Both the position numbers and the translations under genes were made by a program. The notes beneath the pieces are model-generated. The model saw nothing but the letters and a program-made list of their open reading frames with translations, ran no database searches and was not told where the DNA came from. This document shows, piece after piece, positions 9,525 through 13,392 of a stretch of DNA of 13,392 nucleotides (position 1 is its first letter; the number at the start of each line of letters is the position of its first letter). The stretch comes from Vulcanimicrobiota bacterium (GTDB taxonomy: Bacteria; Vulcanimicrobiota; Vulcanimicrobiia; Vulcanimicrobiales; Vulcanimicrobiaceae): the NCBI GenBank assembly GCA_003133025.1, contig PKZK01000047.1, forward strand, positions 14,064 to 27,455, written 5' to 3'.

Positions 9525-11137
9525 TGTTCGCAACCTCGTTCGCGCGCCGTGCGCTTCACGCGACGGCCGCGCTCGCGTTCGCCCTGTTTGCGTCGCCGGC
9601 ATTCTCAGCGGGCCTGCCCGGGCCCGAAGCGGGCCGGCCGGCGCCTGCCTTCCGGTTGACCACCATCGACGGTCGCACCGTCACGCTGGCCACGTATCGC
9701 GGCATGACGCTCGTGATCAACGTGTGGGGCTCGTGGTGTCCGCCGTGCCGGTTGGAAACGCCCGACCTCGTTGCGGAGTCGAAGCTGACCGCGCGCGACG
9801 GCGTCGTTTTTCTCGGCGTCAATTCCACGGAACCGGCGGCGGCCGTGCGCGCCTTCGTGGCGGCCAAAGGCATTCCGTACGCGCAAGCCGTCGTGAAGGG
9901 CGACTCGGCGTTCGTGCGCGATTACGCGATCACCAATTACCCGACGACGATCGTGATCGATCCGCACGGCATCGTGCGCGCGCTCCACGCCGACAACATC
10001 TTGCCGCGAGCGCAACTACAGGCCTACATCGTCGCCGCGCGCGACGGCCGTAGCGCGCCGCTGGTCAGCGAAGAACAGCGTCAGCTCGACGATCTGCTCG
10101 CGCTGCAGCGCTATCCCTTCGACGGCGGCGAAGACGAGATCGGCACCAACGCGCGCAACGCGGCGCAGGCCATCGATAAGGCCGAAGACATGATGGACGA
10201 GTCGATGAGCGACGCCACCCGCGATCACGACCTGCTCAAGACGCACGCCGAAGAGGCGCGGCTGCGCGCCGCAGCCATCGTCGCGCTCAACCGCATCGCG
10301 AAGTCGAAGGAAGACGCCGTGCTGCTCGCGCGCCTGCGCGGCGATCAGGCGTTGGCCGAACGCAAGTGGCGCGATGCGGGCGCGGCCTACGCCGACGCGC
10401 TGAAGATCGATCCCAACGACACTGCCGCGTTGCACGGCGAAGCCTACGCCGTCTCGCAACTCGGCGACACGGCCCGCGCCGCCGCCCTGGCCGATCAGAT
10501 CGCACAGATCGCGCCGTCGTATTCTTCGTGGATGGCGGTGGCCCGTTCGCGCGCACGCTTGCACCAGCGCGAGGCCGCGTACGCCGCGCTCGACAAGTCG
10601 ATCGCCGCCGCCGACACGCCCGCACGCCAAGCCTGGACGCACCTCTACGGCGGGCGCACCGCGCTCGAACTCGGCGACGTCGATCGCGCGCGCAGCGAGT
10701 TCGCCGCGGCCGCCGTCGCCGCCGATCAAATCTCCAACGAGAGCCCCACGCACGCCATGTATCTCGAGGAAGCGCAGGAAGGTTCGATTGCCACCGGCCT
10801 TACCGGTCGCGGCACCGCGCTCTCGCTCGCCCAGTGGACCGGCGCCGATCTGCCCGGCTCGATTGCGAGCACGCTGAAATACCGTCTGGCGATAAGCGGG
10901 CCGCCGAACACGCACGTCACGCTGCACGCGAGCGGCCTGCCCAAGGGATGGGTGGCCTCGTTTTGCAGCGATCGTCTGTGCCGTCCGTTCAACGCCACGA
11001 TCGACGTACCGGCGGTCGGCGTGAAGATCGTCGAGTTCCAGATCGTGCCCGGCGCCGGCGCGGCGCCGGCAAACGTGCGCATCGACGCCGCCGCGGGCGG
11101 CAAGACGGTCGCGAGCGTGCTCGCGCCGGCGAAGTAG
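9521..11137 (+). CDS. Exported TlpA-family thiol:disulfide oxidoreductase fused to TPR-like repeats and a C-terminal beta-rich domain
   Basis: ATGA overlap with the upstream stop. Signal peptide (RRALHATAALAFALFASPAFSA), PAPAFRLTTIDG, INVWGSWCPPC, NYPTTIVIDPHG, TPR-like AYADALKIDPNDTAAL, and C-terminal LPKGWVASFCSDRLCRP. Confidence 0.85.
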   Translation: MMFATSFARRALHATAALAFALFASPAFSAGLPGPEAGRPAPAFRLTTIDGRTVTLATYRGMTLVINVWGSWCPPCRLETPDLVAESKLTARDGVVFLGVNSTEPAAAVRAFVAAKGIPYAQAVVKGDSAFVRDYAITNYPTTIVIDPHGIVRALHADNILPRAQLQAYIVAARDGRSAPLVSEEQRQLDDLLALQRYPFDGGEDEIGTNARNAAQAIDKAEDMMDESMSDATRDHDLLKTHAEEARLRAAAIVALNRIAKSKEDAVLLARLRGDQALAERKWRDAGAAYADALKIDPNDTAALHGEAYAVSQLGDTARAAALADQIAQIAPSYSSWMAVARSRARLHQREAAYAALDKSIAAADTPARQAWTHLYGGRTALELGDVDRARSEFAAAAVAADQISNESPTHAMYLEEAQEGSIATGLTGRGTALSLAQWTGADLPGSIASTLKYRLAISGPPNTHVTLHASGLPKGWVASFCSDRLCRPFNATIDVPAVGVKIVEFQIVPGAGAAPANVRIDAAAGGKTVASVLAPAK

Positions 11138-11150
11138 CCTTCGGCGCTAC
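11134..11150. terminator. Hairpin at a convergent gene junction
   Basis: GTAGC-C-TTCG-G-c-GCTAC with a cUUCGg tetraloop. The stem is built from both TAG stop codons. No U-tract. Confidence 0.35.
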
Positions 11151-11509
11151 GCGGGCGCGGGCAGCGCGGCCTGCAGCGTGGCGATCGCGGCGGCGGGGTC
11201 TTGCACCTCGATGATGAGCTTGACGTACTTCTCGTCGTGAAGGCGAATGGCAATGGCGCGCGCGGGATCGTGCACGTCCCAGAAGACGTGACCCTGGTGC
11301 TCCCAATACGTGCCGGCCGACACGACGCCGGGGATGTTCGTTCCACCCGCCCGGAAGCCGTGAAAGATTTCGCGCGCTTCGTCGCCGGCAGGCTCGACGC
11401 CGGCGATGTGCGAGAGCGGCACGCGCAGTTGGCTCTTGAGCGCGAGAAACCGGTCGAAGCCTTCGACATGGATAACGGCATCGGCGCCGTCTATTTCGAT
11501 CGTCGTCAT
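11147..11509 (-). CDS. Conserved-looking hypothetical protein (120 aa, possibly PH-like fold)
   Basis: FLALKSQLRVPLSHI, GFRAGGTNIPGVVSAGTY, FWDVHDP.RAI.I.L.DE.Y..LIIEV.DP. It fits the gap between neighbouring genes without overlap. Confidence 0.85.
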   Translation of the reverse strand: MTTIEIDGADAVIHVEGFDRFLALKSQLRVPLSHIAGVEPAGDEAREIFHGFRAGGTNIPGVVSAGTYWEHQGHVFWDVHDPARAIAIRLHDEKYVKLIIEVQDPAAAIATLQAALPAPA

Positions 11510-11610
11510 AAAGCCGGGTACCCGCCCGCACGAAGCGTGTTTCGCCTCACGGCGACAGGCGGTAGGAGCGCGCCTCCCGAACGCCGCTTTTCTACGAGCG
11601 AGTTACCTCC

Positions 11611-12582
11611 ATGATGAATATCAGCGACGCCGCGGACGCGGGTGACTTCGTGGTCCGGGCATATGACGCATATCACGGCGCGCCATCGGCGCTGTTTCCG
11701 GCCGTCGCGCTTCCCCCGGGCTGCGATTTCGTCGCCTGGGTGACAATGGAAGACTTCCTCATCGAGCCGGGCCCGAACGACCGGCGGTTTTATGGATTCA
11801 TCGCGCATGTGACGGCGACCGACCATTACGTGTTTGCGCTGCGCGGCACGGAGGGTTGGCGAGAATGGTGGGACGATTTTCACGTGGTGCTCGTCCCCTT
11901 TCCGGGGGTCACGAGAGATGGCAAGGTCGCTTACGGCTTTCGCACGATTTACGAGACGCTCGACATCACCTATGTAAACCAAGACGTCTATGCGTTTCAC
12001 GCACCGCACCTGGGACGGATGGGCGCCGAGCAAACGTTCACGGAGAAGCTTCGCAGCGTGTTGCGCGTCCATGAGGCTGAGCGCAGGAGCGTCGCCGGCG
12101 CGGAGCGCGTGAACGCGGATCAGATCGGTCTCGACGGTGTCGGCATGACCCTCACGGGTCACAGTCTGGGCGGCGCGCTCTGCACCCTGATCGTGATGCA
12201 GAACGACTTCGAAGAGTCCGACCTCAAGCCCACGGCGATCTACACCTTCGCGAGCCCGCGCGTGGGCGACGGTCTCTTCGCCGACCGCTTCGATAACCTC
12301 GACCTCGTGAAGTGGCGCATCTACAATCGCCCGGACCTCGTGCCGAAGTTGCCCTTCGAGATCTTCGGATTCGTGCACGTCGGCTTGGATTATCCCGTGG
12401 ATACGCGCAGATTACCCGAAATCAAATGGACCATCTCCTGTTGGCACGACATCCATTCGTATCTGGCCGCGCTCGGAGTGACCATGGATCCCAATTGCTC
12501 GTGCCACACCAACGCGCTGGCCGGAAAAGACGCGGTCGTCGTCGAGCAGATGCAGATCCAGCGTAGGGCGTTCGGCCACTAA
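11611..12582 (+). CDS. Class 3 lipase family protein (alpha/beta hydrolase)
   Basis: FALRGTEG..EW..D, nucleophile LTGHSLGGAL, YTFASPRVGD, catalytic Asp in PDLVPKLP, FVHVG, and candidate catalytic His in WHDIHSY. Confidence 0.92.
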   Translation: MMNISDAADAGDFVVRAYDAYHGAPSALFPAVALPPGCDFVAWVTMEDFLIEPGPNDRRFYGFIAHVTATDHYVFALRGTEGWREWWDDFHVVLVPFPGVTRDGKVAYGFRTIYETLDITYVNQDVYAFHAPHLGRMGAEQTFTEKLRSVLRVHEAERRSVAGAERVNADQIGLDGVGMTLTGHSLGGALCTLIVMQNDFEESDLKPTAIYTFASPRVGDGLFADRFDNLDLVKWRIYNRPDLVPKLPFEIFGFVHVGLDYPVDTRRLPEIKWTISCWHDIHSYLAALGVTMDPNCSCHTNALAGKDAVVVEQMQIQRRAFGH

Positions 12583-12585
12583 CCC

Positions 12586-13071
12586 ATGAAAGCGTCCGGC
12601 ATCGCGGGTAAGCAACTGTCGTTCGAGGCCACGCTCGAAAACTGGGCGGAGGGATTGGACTATTGTGCCGTTGCGGTTCCGGCAAAGATTACCGCAGCGC
12701 TGGGCACCAAAGGCCCGGTCCTGGTCTCGGCTCGCGTCAACGACTCGGCGCCCTTTCAGGTGAGTTTGTTTCCGGTCGGAGGCGGGCAGCACTATATTCG
12801 CATCAAGGGCAAGGTGCGAAAAGAGACGGGCACCAAAGTCGGCGATCGCGTGCGCTTGCGCTGCACGGTCCTCGACCGGGCGGCGATAACCTATCCCGAA
12901 GATCTGCTCGCCGCGTTGCGAACCGAAAAAGCCACGGAGTACTTTACGTCGCTGCCTCCCGGACGACAGAACTTCATGATCCGCCGCATCGAAGAAGCGG
13001 TCAAACCGGAAACGCGAAAGAAGCGGATTCAAGAGGCCGTCGGCGAGGTCAAACGCCGACCCTCGTCGTGA
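12586..13071 (+). CDS. DUF1905 + YdeI/OmpD-associated (OmdA) domain protein
   Basis: N-terminal GTKGPVLVSARVND..F..SL.P.GGG.H.I.I...VRK......GD.V (DUF1905) and C-terminal PEDL.AAL......F..L.P......I..I..A.KPETR.KRI (OmdA). Confidence 0.88.
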   Translation: MKASGIAGKQLSFEATLENWAEGLDYCAVAVPAKITAALGTKGPVLVSARVNDSAPFQVSLFPVGGGQHYIRIKGKVRKETGTKVGDRVRLRCTVLDRAAITYPEDLLAALRTEKATEYFTSLPPGRQNFMIRRIEEAVKPETRKKRIQEAVGEVKRRPSS

Positions 13072-13087
13072 GGCGGTAACGGCTCAC
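13068..13087. terminator. Hairpin at a convergent gene junction
   Basis: GTGAG-g-CG-GTAA-CG-g-CTCAC with a GNRA tetraloop. The stem is built from both TGA stop codons. Confidence 0.35.
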
Positions 13088-13392
13088 AAGTCGCGCCACG
13101 CTGCGGGCCGCTTTTCGAAAAAGGCCGCGACGCCTTCGCGGAAGTCCGCGCTGGCATAGCACGACTCCAGGATGTCGCGGTCGTCGATCTCGCCGCCGTC
13201 GCGCAGGATGCGGCGGTAGAGTTCCTTGGTCGCGCGCAGCGTACGCGGCGCGTATCCCGCGAGTTCGGAAGCGAGTTGTTCCGCGCGCGGGGCGAGCGCA
13301 TCGAACGAGGGCACCACTTCTCCGATGAAGCCCGCGGCGAGTGCTCGGGATGCATCGAGCAAGCGCGCCGTCATGAACCACTCCTTGACGCG
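13084..13392 (-). CDS. Enoyl-CoA hydratase/isomerase family protein, C-terminal part (5'-truncated by the window edge)
   Basis: The frame is open to the window end: RVKEWFMTARLLDA..ALAAGFI.EVV...AP..LRATK...SADFREGVAAFFEKRPAAW, a crotonase C-terminus. Confidence 0.9.
   Translation of the reverse strand, partial: RVKEWFMTARLLDASRALAAGFIGEVVPSFDALAPRAEQLASELAGYAPRTLRATKELYRRILRDGGEIDDRDILESCYASADFREGVAAFFEKRPAAWRDL

Noticed and set aside
11506..13079. Antisense or alternative ORFs over the lipase and DUF1905 genes (e.g. 11506..12378 -, 12412..13032 -)
   Set aside because: They are fully explained as shadows of + strand genes with clear family motifs.

Overview
High-GC bacterial chromosomal window. 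The lineage cannot be proven from the sequence; the gene style is loosely suggestive of Eremiobacterota/Vulcanimicrobiota. Housekeeping genes are the 3' part of nnr (NAD(P)HX epimerase/dehydratase), ligA, a PcaF/PaaJ-type thiolase and the 3' end of an enoyl-CoA hydratase. Between nnr and ligA is an accessory block: a Crp/Fnr regulator, a LuxR-HTH regulator, a probable small CxxC...HxxxxxH zinc-finger protein, an intergenic rod-like hairpin of about 115 nt (candidate unannotated ncRNA), a secreted CAP protein and an L-type lectin lipoprotein. Downstream of the thiolase are two translationally coupled genes (a hypothetical protein and a TlpA-TPR-Cys-motif fusion), a small hypothetical, a class-3 lipase and a DUF1905/YdeI-OmpD protein. 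The most interesting signals are (i) the long G-U-rich hairpin sharing an overlapping bidirectional -10 region with a leaderless zinc-finger gene and (ii) a Crp-type site centred at -41.5 upstream of the LuxR gene. No mobile elements, CRISPR arrays, rRNA or tRNA genes were seen.
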